DNA of 64,000 bases from an uncultured bacterium (GTDB taxonomy: Bacteria; Bacillota_I; Bacilli_A; Izemoplasmatales; Izemoplasmataceae), in contig CBFCWG010000003.1 in the NCBI GenBank assembly GCA_965601565.1, forward strand, positions 21,935 through 85,934, in the 5' to 3' direction. Under the pieces are notes generated by a model. The model was not told where the DNA came from and made no database searches. It worked only from the letters and a program-made list of their open reading frames with translations. A program made the position numbers and the translations under genes. Shown piece by piece: positions 1 through 8,438 of the stretch (within the stretch, counting starts at the first letter, position 1; every line of letters begins with the position of its first letter).

Positions 1-978
1 TCTTCCAATAATGTCATTGAATGCTCGTTGAGAATCAGAAATAGCAGTTGTAAAATATGATGATTTATTATTAATGTCACCTACAGCATAAATATTCGGT
101 ATGTTTGTTTTGCAAACATCATTCACAATAATACCTCTTTCAGTATGTTCAATATTTAAATTTTCAACAAACTTTTCATTAAATTCTTTCTTTTCACAAT
201 CAATAAGCGTTTCGATTTTTAAAGAGTGAATCTCATCTTCTATTTTAAAAATAACCTTGAAATCAACAATATCAATTACCTCAATATTTTCATACACTGT
301 CAAAAAATTATAATCTAAGTTATTTAAATACTTCTCTCGCAAATCTAAATCAATATTATATAACAGATTTCTTGGTGAAAAGAGAATTGTCTCACGTCCC
401 AAGTTTGACCATACAATGGCCAGTTCTACGGCTCTGAAATTTGAGCCGAGAATAGCTATCTTATCTCTAGTTTTCAACAACTCAATACTCGTACAGTCAT
501 TTATTATTATTTTTTTTTGATAAGCTCTATAAATCATTGGACTGTACTTATATAAAGTACTTTTCCCAGATGCTAAAATAATAATCTCACCACGTATAAT
601 TTCCTCATTATCTAACTCAACTAAATTTTCATTCTTCAATACCCCTTTAGCACGAAAAACATCGATACCATTTTGAATAAAAGTGTCTAAATAGTATTCC
701 ATTAAACGATTTTTATTAATATCGTATTTATTTAAAACTTCCAAAATTTTATCATCAAGTTCAACACTATCATATGCAATACTTAATGAGTTATCTGATT
801 TTATCTTTCGAATAAACTCAAAAATATTGAAAATAATAAGTGAGCAATTATATGTAACACCACCAAGTTTACCATTTTCAACTATAGCAACTTTCTTATT
901 CGTTTTTATAAACTCCAATGCTAAAGTAATACCTGAAATCCCACACCCTAAAATAATTACATCGTAATTTTTACGCAT
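1..978 (-). CDS. Pyridine nucleotide-disulfide oxidoreductase family flavoprotein (dihydrolipoamide dehydrogenase-like); runs off the window start
   Basis: Manual translation from ATG at 978: MRKNYDVIILGCGISG (FAD-binding GxGxxG), later TNIPNIYAVGD (FAD-binding ATG/GD motif). No stop was met in the segments translated; absent from the ORF track, consistent with truncation at base 1. Confidence 0.8.
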   Translation of the reverse strand, partial: MRKNYDVIILGCGISGITLALEFIKTNKKVAIVENGKLGGVTYNCSLIIFNIFEFIRKIKSDNSLSIAYDSVELDDKILEVLNKYDINKNRLMEYYLDTFIQNGIDVFRAKGVLKNENLVELDNEEIIRGEIIILASGKSTLYKYSPMIYRAYQKKIIINDCTSIELLKTRDKIAILGSNFRAVELAIVWSNLGRETILFSPRNLLYNIDLDLREKYLNNLDYNFLTVYENIEVIDIVDFKVIFKIEDEIHSLKIETLIDCEKKEFNEKFVENLNIEHTERGIIVNDVCKTNIPNIYAVGDINNKSSYFTTAISDSQRAFNDIIGR

Positions 979-1151
979 TAAATCACCCTTTCAGATTTAG
1001 TCTCCTTTAAATTTATTATACCATATTGATAATAAATAACTAAGTGAAGAATAGTTTTCAAATAGCCAACTCTGAGTATCCAGGACATATAAGCTCTTTT
1101 CCATATATATGACAAGGGATATTTATTCAATATATTTCTATCCAATTAATC

Positions 1152-1180
1152 TTGACAAATGATTATCATTGTTGTATTAT
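1152..1180 (+). promoter_or_regulatory. SigA-type promoter of the TetR operon
   Basis: TTGACA (1152-1157), 17 bp, TATTAT (1175-1180). Confidence 0.7.
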
Positions 1181-1181
1181 A

Positions 1182-1214
1182 CATTTGAACACCGTTCAGA
1201 ACAGTGTTCAAATG
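1182..1214. promoter_or_regulatory. Probable TetR operator (nested inverted repeats)
   Basis: CATTTGAACAC-11 bp-GTGTTCAAATG, between the -10 box and the RBS of the TetR gene. Confidence 0.6.
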
Positions 1215-1224
1215 AGGTGAAAGT

Positions 1225-1779
1225 ATGAAGAAACTTGAAAACCAAAAAGAAATTATATTCAATACTGCTAAAGAAATTATTACTAATCAGGACGCTGATA
1301 AGTTTAGTATCCGTATGATATCTAGACAATGTAATATTGGAATGGGAACTATTTATAAGTATTATGGTAACAAGGATGATATCTTACTAGATATTACACG
1401 TGATTTATGGATGAGTTATATAAGTTCAATTAAATCAACTTCCATAGTACATGATTCATTCATTGCGTATGTTAGATTTCTTTTTATAAAGCTAGAGGAA
1501 TATAGCATAAAGTTCAATTATGCAGTTTTATCAAAGGAGTTATCTACTTCTTTTCGAAAAGAAGGAAGAACCCAACATGATAAATCTCAGGGTATTTTTA
1601 TTTCTTTAATTTATGGCAAACTACAGGAGAACTATGAATTACCTGGTCCAAAAGCTCTATTATTAGCTGATTTTATAGCTAACAACTTACTTTCTATAAT
1701 AACTAATAGACAATACAAGTTCGACGTTTTCATTAGTGTATTAAGTGATTTACTCGAACAATACAAGGAGAAAAAATAA
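1225..1779 (+). CDS. TetR/AcrR family transcriptional regulator
   Basis: N-terminal TetR HTH (IFNTAKEII...FSIRMISRQCNIGMGTIYKYY). Confidence 0.9.
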   Translation: MKKLENQKEIIFNTAKEIITNQDADKFSIRMISRQCNIGMGTIYKYYGNKDDILLDITRDLWMSYISSIKSTSIVHDSFIAYVRFLFIKLEEYSIKFNYAVLSKELSTSFRKEGRTQHDKSQGIFISLIYGKLQENYELPGPKALLLADFIANNLLSIITNRQYKFDVFISVLSDLLEQYKEKK

Positions 1780-1781
1780 TA

Positions 1782-2459
1782 ATGAAATATTTTGAATCAT
1801 TTTTCGATGTACTATATCTCATTTCTGTAATTACAGTTTCGGTAATGATTATCAGAAACGGGATCCAAAAACAAAACAAAGCAGCAATTTTATTTGGAGT
1901 TATGGGTTTTCTATTAGGATTTGGTGATTCATTCCATTTAGTCCCTAGAATTATTGGACACTTAACAACTGGTTTAGAAAACTACAAAACTGCCTTAGGT
2001 ATCGGTAAATTAATCACGGGTACTACAATGACAATTTTTTATTACATAATTTATCGTTATTATGTATTACTTACAAACAAAAAAAGCAAATCTGTTCATA
2101 TCACGATAATCTCATTGATGATACTTAGATTCATATTACTTGCCTTACCGGGAAATGATTGGATAAATAATGGAACTAGTTTATTCTATGGAGTCTTACG
2201 TAATGTACCATTTGCAATTATTGGAGGGATTATAGTAACCCTATTCCTTAAAGCAGGAGACAAGGATGTAAATCGTCAATTTTATCAAATGGGTATATGG
2301 ATTATTGTATCATTTGTATGCTACATCATCGTAGTGGTTGGTAGTGGTGCAATTCCAGTTCTAGGAGCATTTATGATGCCTAAAACAGTAGCGTATTTCA
2401 TCATTGTATTCACTGGGTATCAGAATAATGTAAAAAATAATCAAGTTGAATCTATCTAG
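1782..2459 (+). CDS. Hypothetical multi-pass membrane protein
   Basis: About 7 hydrophobic segments, GDSFHLVPR motif; 2 bp after the TetR gene. Confidence 0.75.
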   Translation: MKYFESFFDVLYLISVITVSVMIIRNGIQKQNKAAILFGVMGFLLGFGDSFHLVPRIIGHLTTGLENYKTALGIGKLITGTTMTIFYYIIYRYYVLLTNKKSKSVHITIISLMILRFILLALPGNDWINNGTSLFYGVLRNVPFAIIGGIIVTLFLKAGDKDVNRQFYQMGIWIIVSFVCYIIVVVGSGAIPVLGAFMMPKTVAYFIIVFTGYQNNVKNNQVESI

Positions 2460-2502
2460 ATTCAACTTTTTTTTATCAAAAAATTCAACACATCAAAATA
2501 TG

Positions 2503-2617
2503 AAAAAAAGACCTATTTCTAGGTCTTTATAACAACATTTGTCTCGTTATGAACGAGTTTATGTTTTAGATACTACTGTCTTTATAGAAATAATATTTTT
2601 GTATCTATAGAGTTGCA
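2503..2617 (-). repeat. Cassette junction J4 (distal att-like site: arm repeats, palindrome, core, type-A terminator)
   Basis: 36 bp at 2503-2538 identical to 13780-13815 next to tRNA-Gly. 23 bp gtctcgttatgaacgagtttatg (2541-2563) identical to 8108-8130. Arm repeats start at 2577 and 2600. Confidence 0.85.
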
Positions 2618-4098
2618 CTTTATCAATTATCTCAAAGTTATAGTGTAGTTATGACTACTACTTCTAGCATGTTAAAAAATATACTAAAGACTGTCTGTTT
2701 CGATATAAATAGGTCAAATCGTAGCAAATTTTAGATATTCTAAGATACTATTGATAATCCTTATGGTTTTCAATTGAACTATCGTAGATATTCTCAAATA
2801 ATTCTTGATTATCGATAAAAACCTTAAATATTCTACTATCAAAATGTATATCAGTTTCACCAGACATTATCGAAATAGCTTCAACGTGAGAAACACTCCT
2901 CTTATATGGTCGTTTTGATCTAAGAGCATCATAGGTATCTACAATAGCAACTACTCTTGCAGTTAAAGGAGTTTCCTCTCCATGTAGTCCTTTAGGATAT
3001 CCAGAACCATCCCATTTTTCATGATGTGAAAGAACAATATCTAATGCAGCTTTTAAAAAGACATTATCATCTCTAGATATATTTAAAACATCCTCAATTA
3101 CAGATGCACCTACTATTGTGTGTGTTTTCATCAATTCAAACTCTTCATATGAAAGTTTGCATTCTTTAAGTAGAACTCTATCAGGTATAGCATTTTTGCC
3201 AATATCATGCAAAGAACTTGCTCTTGATATACATTCAACTTCTGAAAGAGAAATTTGATCAGAAAAAATCTTTGATTCAATCATTTTTAATAATAAACAT
3301 TTTGTAAGCTCTGCAATTCTCTCAACATGTTTTCCCGTTGTATCATCTCTCAACTCAATAATTTTAACTAAAGATAAAATTGTAGTCATCTGAGCATCAT
3401 TTATTTTTTTACCCTGAGAGATAATCTGCTCGTCCTCTTCTCTTATCTTTTTCGAAAGGAATCCAATAATTTGAGAAATAAAAATAAACAAGAGTAATCT
3501 AATTACCCAATTTAATAAATTTTGAGAAGTACCTGTAGTTGTATTTAATGGCATGAGTGGTCCAAGCAATAATCCAAAAAAAACAGCATGTAATATAGAT
3601 GTCTTTCTTGAAAGCAAAATTGAGATTGCTGAGATTGGAATAAAGAGTAAACTGGGTAAAATGGTATGCGTACCCCCTAGAAAATAAACTAAAACACTTA
3701 AACTTAAAGATACACAATAAATTCCAATAATAACGATTTTTTTATTGTTTCTTCGAGTATAATAATTCAACATAAACAATTCCCCCTTCAAACAAAAGAA
3801 TAATAGAATCCAAATATATATATACGTTAAGAATAATTAATATTTTCAACATTACATTATATAATGTAAACACAAAGTAAACAATACTTTTTGTATAGTA
3901 TTTAACAAAAAATAATGGTGATAATGTACGCTATTAAAAAGTGTAATATTAAGGTCCATGTGGTTATGGATTCATAGAAGGCAACTTTAATGTAGGATTT
4001 ATTAAAAATAATGGAATTACATACTAAATTAAGCCGATTTCCAAAACCGTTAAATAAATGAACTATACAAAAAAAAGACCTATTTCTAGATCTTTATA
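2532..4098 (-). mobile_element. Putative integrase-free gene cassette C4 (HD-GYP), 1567 bp core to core
   Basis: Bounded by junctions J4 and J3. Confidence 0.65.
2748..3773 (-). CDS. Membrane-anchored HD-GYP domain c-di-GMP phosphodiesterase
   Basis: HDIGK and HHEKWDGSGYP motifs, 4 N-terminal TM segments. Likely start is ATG 3773 after RBS AAGGGGGA (ORF track start 3791). Confidence 0.9.
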   Translation of the reverse strand: MLNYYTRRNNKKIVIIGIYCVSLSLSVLVYFLGGTHTILPSLLFIPISAISILLSRKTSILHAVFFGLLLGPLMPLNTTTGTSQNLLNWVIRLLLFIFISQIIGFLSKKIREEDEQIISQGKKINDAQMTTILSLVKIIELRDDTTGKHVERIAELTKCLLLKMIESKIFSDQISLSEVECISRASSLHDIGKNAIPDRVLLKECKLSYEEFELMKTHTIVGASVIEDVLNISRDDNVFLKAALDIVLSHHEKWDGSGYPKGLHGEETPLTARVVAIVDTYDALRSKRPYKRSVSHVEAISIMSGETDIHFDSRIFKVFIDNQELFENIYDSSIENHKDYQ

Positions 4099-4151
4099 AC
4101 AACATATTGCTTGTCATTATGAAGATTATAGTGTGTCATTACGAAGTTGCA
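4069..4151 (-). repeat. Cassette junction J3 (variant att-like site lacking the palindrome)
   Basis: Type-A terminator plus core match J0/J4 at 35/36 bp. Direct repeats tgtcattatga (4112) and tgtcattacga (4134) then agttgca, but only 13 bp from the core instead of 45. Confidence 0.75.
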
Positions 4152-4502
4152 TTTTAAATGGCAAGATTAGAGATTCCTCCAAAGCCTAATCTCTTAATGG
4201 ATTAAACTAGAATATAGGAAAATGGTAGAGTTCTATCATCCATACTCGTATCATTACACATAGATTTAGATGCTACTCTAATAAAAATATTTGCACTAAA
4301 CCCAAACATTTATCCTTTTTTCTAGATAAAACTCATTAGCCAGTTCCTTCACAGTCAGTGTAATAATAGTGCATGCTATAGAGTTTTTAAGTCCGTGATT
4401 TTCTCATACTAACCAAGCTATTACTTTCAACTTGTAAGATAGCCACAACATATTGATTAAACTTATTCAATATATTACAATAAAGAAAAGGAGGGATAAA
4501 AC

Positions 4503-4841
4503 TTGCAAAATGAAAGCTCTGATAAAATAATGAAGTATAACTCTATAGTAATAAATAACATCTATTTTTTCGAATCTCACAGACGAGGTGTTAATGCTTT
4601 CTTAAAAGGTAGTTCGGTACCTGTACCTGATTCTCTTAACACTTTAGCCGAAAACTTTCTTTGTAACGGATTTATTCAGATAAGTAAATGGTGCATTGTA
4701 AATATTAACCATGTGACTGATTTAAAGGTTAGACTCAATTCACAAATTGATTTAACCCTTAATAATAAAACAGTTGTAACAGTGAACAGAACATATATAA
4801 AAGGGTTCAGAAATTATCTTAGAAAGGGGACAAAAAAATGA
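4503..4841 (+). CDS. Stand-alone LytTR DNA-binding domain protein
   Basis: FIQISKWCIVNINHV and TVVTVNRTYIK resemble LytTR motifs; TTG start with RBS GGAGG; no receiver domain. Confidence 0.65.
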   Translation: MQNESSDKIMKYNSIVINNIYFFESHRRGVNAFLKGSSVPVPDSLNTLAENFLCNGFIQISKWCIVNINHVTDLKVRLNSQIDLTLNNKTVVTVNRTYIKGFRNYLRKGTKK

Positions 4842-5560
4842 GAATATTTGCCTATTTAGTATTGTTTGTACTTTTTTTACCAACATTTATTTTTGCCTAT
4901 ATGTTTTTTAAGAGATTCTATTATGTTAAGCTATTAAACAATTATCGAAAAAAAAGATCAGTAAAGAATGTGGGTTTCTTCACAAGTCTCTCTAATATTC
5001 GAAAAACCTTGTTTTGCATTTTAATACTAATATTATACGTTTTATTGTCACCAAATATTTTTGCGCTAAGTACTTCATTAAATTATAATGATTGTCCTTC
5101 TAGTGACAACTCTTTACAACTTTATGAACAAGGAACTAATCTACTTATAATTCATATAAATGAGTTGGTTGAGGTTAAAGATTTTAACCCTTTCATTGAG
5201 GGACACACTCCAACAAATAAATTATTTTACGAGTTCTCAGTTTTAGAAAATCTTGACGATAATGATGTTCACTCAAATAAATTATTGACAAACCAACCAG
5301 TAAGCAACTTTCAGTGGAGTGAGAGTACGTGTAGTAATCCAAATAGTGAGATTGCTACAGGTCGCACATACATAGCAATATTAAAGTATAGAGAACCAAA
5401 CATAGAATTCCAAAACAGTGATCCAAGATTAATTAAAAGGGACGATTATGTTATAATAAACATTATTGATATTAGCTCATATGATGATACATTGGACCCT
5501 TTCACTCAGGACATGCCTGTTCAAAGTGTTATTAATGATTATCTAATTCTTTTGGAATAG
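4838..5560 (+). CDS. Hypothetical membrane-anchored protein with extracytoplasmic domain
   Basis: Two N-terminal hydrophobic segments; 4-bp ATGA overlap with the LytTR gene. Confidence 0.7.
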   Translation: MRIFAYLVLFVLFLPTFIFAYMFFKRFYYVKLLNNYRKKRSVKNVGFFTSLSNIRKTLFCILILILYVLLSPNIFALSTSLNYNDCPSSDNSLQLYEQGTNLLIIHINELVEVKDFNPFIEGHTPTNKLFYEFSVLENLDDNDVHSNKLLTNQPVSNFQWSESTCSNPNSEIATGRTYIAILKYREPNIEFQNSDPRLIKRDDYVIINIIDISSYDDTLDPFTQDMPVQSVINDYLILLE

Positions 5561-5561
5561 A

Positions 5562-5600
5562 AAATAAAAGGGACCCCTTTTCTAAAGGGTCCTTTTATTT
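5562..5600. terminator. Bidirectional intrinsic terminator
   Basis: aaataaaagggacccc-ttttctaa-agggtccttttattt between convergent genes. Confidence 0.75.
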
Positions 5601-6225
5601 AATCACTATGTTTATTATTAAATGTTTCTAAGTTATCAATTACTTCTTTTACTTTTTGCCTTACTATAAGATTCTGATTCTTTACTGGATTATTTGGACT
5701 ATAAGATTCTAGATCTATTAATGTTCCTGGTCTTCCCCAATTCTGATATACACCTTCAAAAAGTCTTGAATCTACAGATATCATGTCATCACTAGGTTGA
5801 GAACAAAATAGTATCATAACTTCTCCAACTTGCGGCAAATCAAGAGAATAATCATACAAGACTAATTCCTCATTTTCATAACCTCCATAATAAAAAACGT
5901 CGATTATCTGGTCAAACTCACCTTTTATTGATTTGTGAACTTTAACTGTATAATGTGTAATTGGAATATTTCTGTTACTCAACGTATCATCTTCATTTTT
6001 GATATACGTTGCTTCAATACTCAATATCTCTCCAACAAAAATTTCATTAAACACTTCATAAGGGGTGTCTTTTTTGCTCCAATCAATAAAATAACTGTCT
6101 TCAGTAAGTACTCTATTCACCTTTATAGCGTCAAGTTCATCTTTTTTAGATTCAAAAGCAACTAGAAAAACTATTGAAACACTAATTGCCAAAAATGTTA
6201 CTAATATTAGAATTTTAGATTTCAT
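5599..6225 (-). CDS. Hypothetical exported/membrane-anchored protein
   Basis: N-terminal signal/anchor, acidic beta-rich domain; 4-bp overlap with the upstream peptidase gene. Confidence 0.7.
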   Translation of the reverse strand: MKSKILILVTFLAISVSIVFLVAFESKKDELDAIKVNRVLTEDSYFIDWSKKDTPYEVFNEIFVGEILSIEATYIKNEDDTLSNRNIPITHYTVKVHKSIKGEFDQIIDVFYYGGYENEELVLYDYSLDLPQVGEVMILFCSQPSDDMISVDSRLFEGVYQNWGRPGTLIDLESYSPNNPVKNQNLIVRQKVKEVIDNLETFNNKHSD

Positions 6226-7241
6226 TCATCCCACTTCTCCCTATAAACATCACGATCACAAGGTCCAGGTGAATAAATGTATACGGGGGCTACACCTTGC
6301 AACATTGCATTATAGTCACTTTCATTACTCAATTGCGAACTCCAGTTTGGATTAAAAAACGCCTTAGTCACACTATTTTCATCCATATTAATACCCAAAG
6401 AGTGTCCAATTTCGTGAATAATTGTTTTTGTTTTACCAATATCATTACCCCAATAATCATCCCAAAAAGCAACATTAGTTTCACCCTCAAAAAAGTAAGT
6501 GTTAAAATAAATCAAATCATGAAAAACAGGTCTATAATAATAATATGCTACAGCATAAGAAGAAGCTCCTGCATCATCCTCAAAATAATCATAAAAATGC
6601 AAATCCTTCACAGTTGAAGAAGTATCAGGAGTTATTGTAATAGTATCAAGTTTATTCCATTCACTTATTGCATCATTTATCAATACAGCATATAAGGAGT
6701 TCACATCATAATGAACTTTCTTACCACCGTCAACTGCATTATAAATAGAAAGGTAGTCATCAGGATCATATACGCACTCACATGAATCCAAGAAAACGGA
6801 GTAACTACCATATGAGGTATAATAATATCCATCTATCTTAATATAGTAAATTTTTCCATACTCTGCATAAAACTCTGTATAGAAATTTGGCTCACTCGCA
6901 TAATGTGTTCCCGTTTCATAAGCATCATTGTTATATGCAATCGAGGTTGACAAATTTGTAGACTCATATACATAAACTTTAGTATTTGTTGTTCCTGTTG
7001 AATAAACCGATACTGGTACATCTCTTGTTGGAACAAATCTTAACCAGTCAACATCACTTGTACTTTCAAGACTGCAGTCAACGTCTCCATCAAGGTAAAT
7101 TGACTTATAATTGGATGATGAACTACCACATAAATCAGGTGGTGTTGGTTCATCGGGTCTCGCAAAAACGCTCATATCAGTTGTTAAAATCATTACAAAA
7201 AGCAGACAAACTGTTGTTATCGATAAAAATATCTTTTTCAT
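6222..7241 (-). CDS. Secreted zinc metallopeptidase-like protein (PPC-like domain plus metzincin-like domain)
   Basis: Signal peptide, DVDWLRF...Y..I.I beta-sandwich region, HEIGHSLG motif followed by a Met-turn-like AML. Confidence 0.65.
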   Translation of the reverse strand: MKKIFLSITTVCLLFVMILTTDMSVFARPDEPTPPDLCGSSSSNYKSIYLDGDVDCSLESTSDVDWLRFVPTRDVPVSVYSTGTTNTKVYVYESTNLSTSIAYNNDAYETGTHYASEPNFYTEFYAEYGKIYYIKIDGYYYTSYGSYSVFLDSCECVYDPDDYLSIYNAVDGGKKVHYDVNSLYAVLINDAISEWNKLDTITITPDTSSTVKDLHFYDYFEDDAGASSYAVAYYYYRPVFHDLIYFNTYFFEGETNVAFWDDYWGNDIGKTKTIIHEIGHSLGINMDENSVTKAFFNPNWSSQLSNESDYNAMLQGVAPVYIYSPGPCDRDVYREKWDE

Positions 7242-8060
7242 AATTCTCCTTTCAAAATATAAGTCATTTAATATCTAAATTTGTATTCTACATAATTTGA
7301 TACCCCTCAATATAACCACCTCCCATTCAACTTCAGTAAAATAAAAAGATTCTACTAAATCCATTTACAAAAATTTCCAAACAATAAACAAAAAAAACAA
7401 GCATACCTATTAATTATACCTGTTTCTTCACTGATGTCCCTTACATAGGTTTCATATTTTCATCTTATCATTAGTAAAAAGATTTGTAAACCAAATTAAT
7501 TGCCTACATGTATTTACATCTTTCAACACTAAGTGTTCTACTTAACTTTCTTAAAACTAATAAAACAGACCATCTAGATTGGACAACTTATTAACATTGA
7601 AAGTGTTCGTTGTCAGTAAACAACTTCTCATAGGGAAAACTATTATCATTGATAAGTTCAATAATGTTGTCATCAAAGAACTATGTCTTGTACTTACTTC
7701 ATAAAAATAATTTCTTATTTAATCTGTAAGGAAATCAAGATAGCTTATCTTTAGATTCAATAGATTTTTGCCACATTCATTGATATGTTATTAACTGAGG
7801 AAAGTACATCTTAATAAGTCAAAAAAGGCTTTACTTGAGTTACTGAAGATTAACAAGCCAATTCTCTATTTGCCTTGTAGGTAGGGTACAACTAAATATG
7901 TAAATACTTCTGAAAATACTATAACAAATAATACTAAGATATCTGAAAATACTTTTTTTCTCGATCACATCAGTATAAAACTGATTTACTGGAAATATTA
8001 CCTTCGATTCACCTTTACACCTTTCTTTTAATCGCAATAGGTAAAATATCTATATAATAC

Positions 8061-8184
8061 AAAAAAAGTTTATTTCACTTGGAAATAAACTTTTAATTAC
8101 AACATATGTCTCGTTATGAACGAGTTTATGCTATTAACACCGTTGTCTTCAAAGGAAGATTGATGCTGTCTTTATGGTGTTGCA
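8061..8184 (-). repeat. Cassette junction J2 (complete att-like site, type-B terminator)
   Basis: Core acaacat at 8099, palindrome ctcgtt-atg-aacgag at 8110-8124, arm repeats at 8144 and 8167. Confidence 0.85.
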
Positions 8185-8438
8185 TCAATCATTGGTAGTA
8201 TTGTATTAAAAAGAAGCCAATATCTAGCTTCTTCAACTTTTATTGATTATTAGTCATATATCATTGAACGATCACTAATAAACTCAACCTATTCATTTCT
8301 CATTATTTCTTTAACATCTTTATATATTGATTCTTAAGTCTCTTGAAGGTTATTATATATACTTCTTTTTTTTTCTGTTTTTTTATAAAGACTTACTCTT
8401 TAATTACAAATCCATACGTTTAATCATCAGATATATCA

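Larger units (their letters stand above)
4099..8098 (-). mobile_element. Putative gene cassette C3 (LytTR pair and secreted metallopeptidase pair), 4000 bp
   Basis: Bounded by junctions J3 and J2. Confidence 0.6.

Noticed and set aside
2541-2563. Resemblance of GTTCATAA-CGAGAC-ATATGTTG (minus strand) to a Xer dif site
   Set aside because: Only the right half resembles a XerD-type arm, the spacer varies, and the tRNA-side partner has no matching left arm. It is kept only as a hint of a tyrosine recombinase.
3852-3869. 18-bp perfect palindrome ttacattatataatgtaa over the HD-GYP -10 box
   Set aside because: Almost pure A/T; about one such palindrome is expected by chance in an AT-rich 64 kb, and there is no second copy
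7566-7600. agaccatctagattggac as a sixth, degenerate junction
   Set aside because: No acaacat core, palindrome or arm repeats at the required spacing
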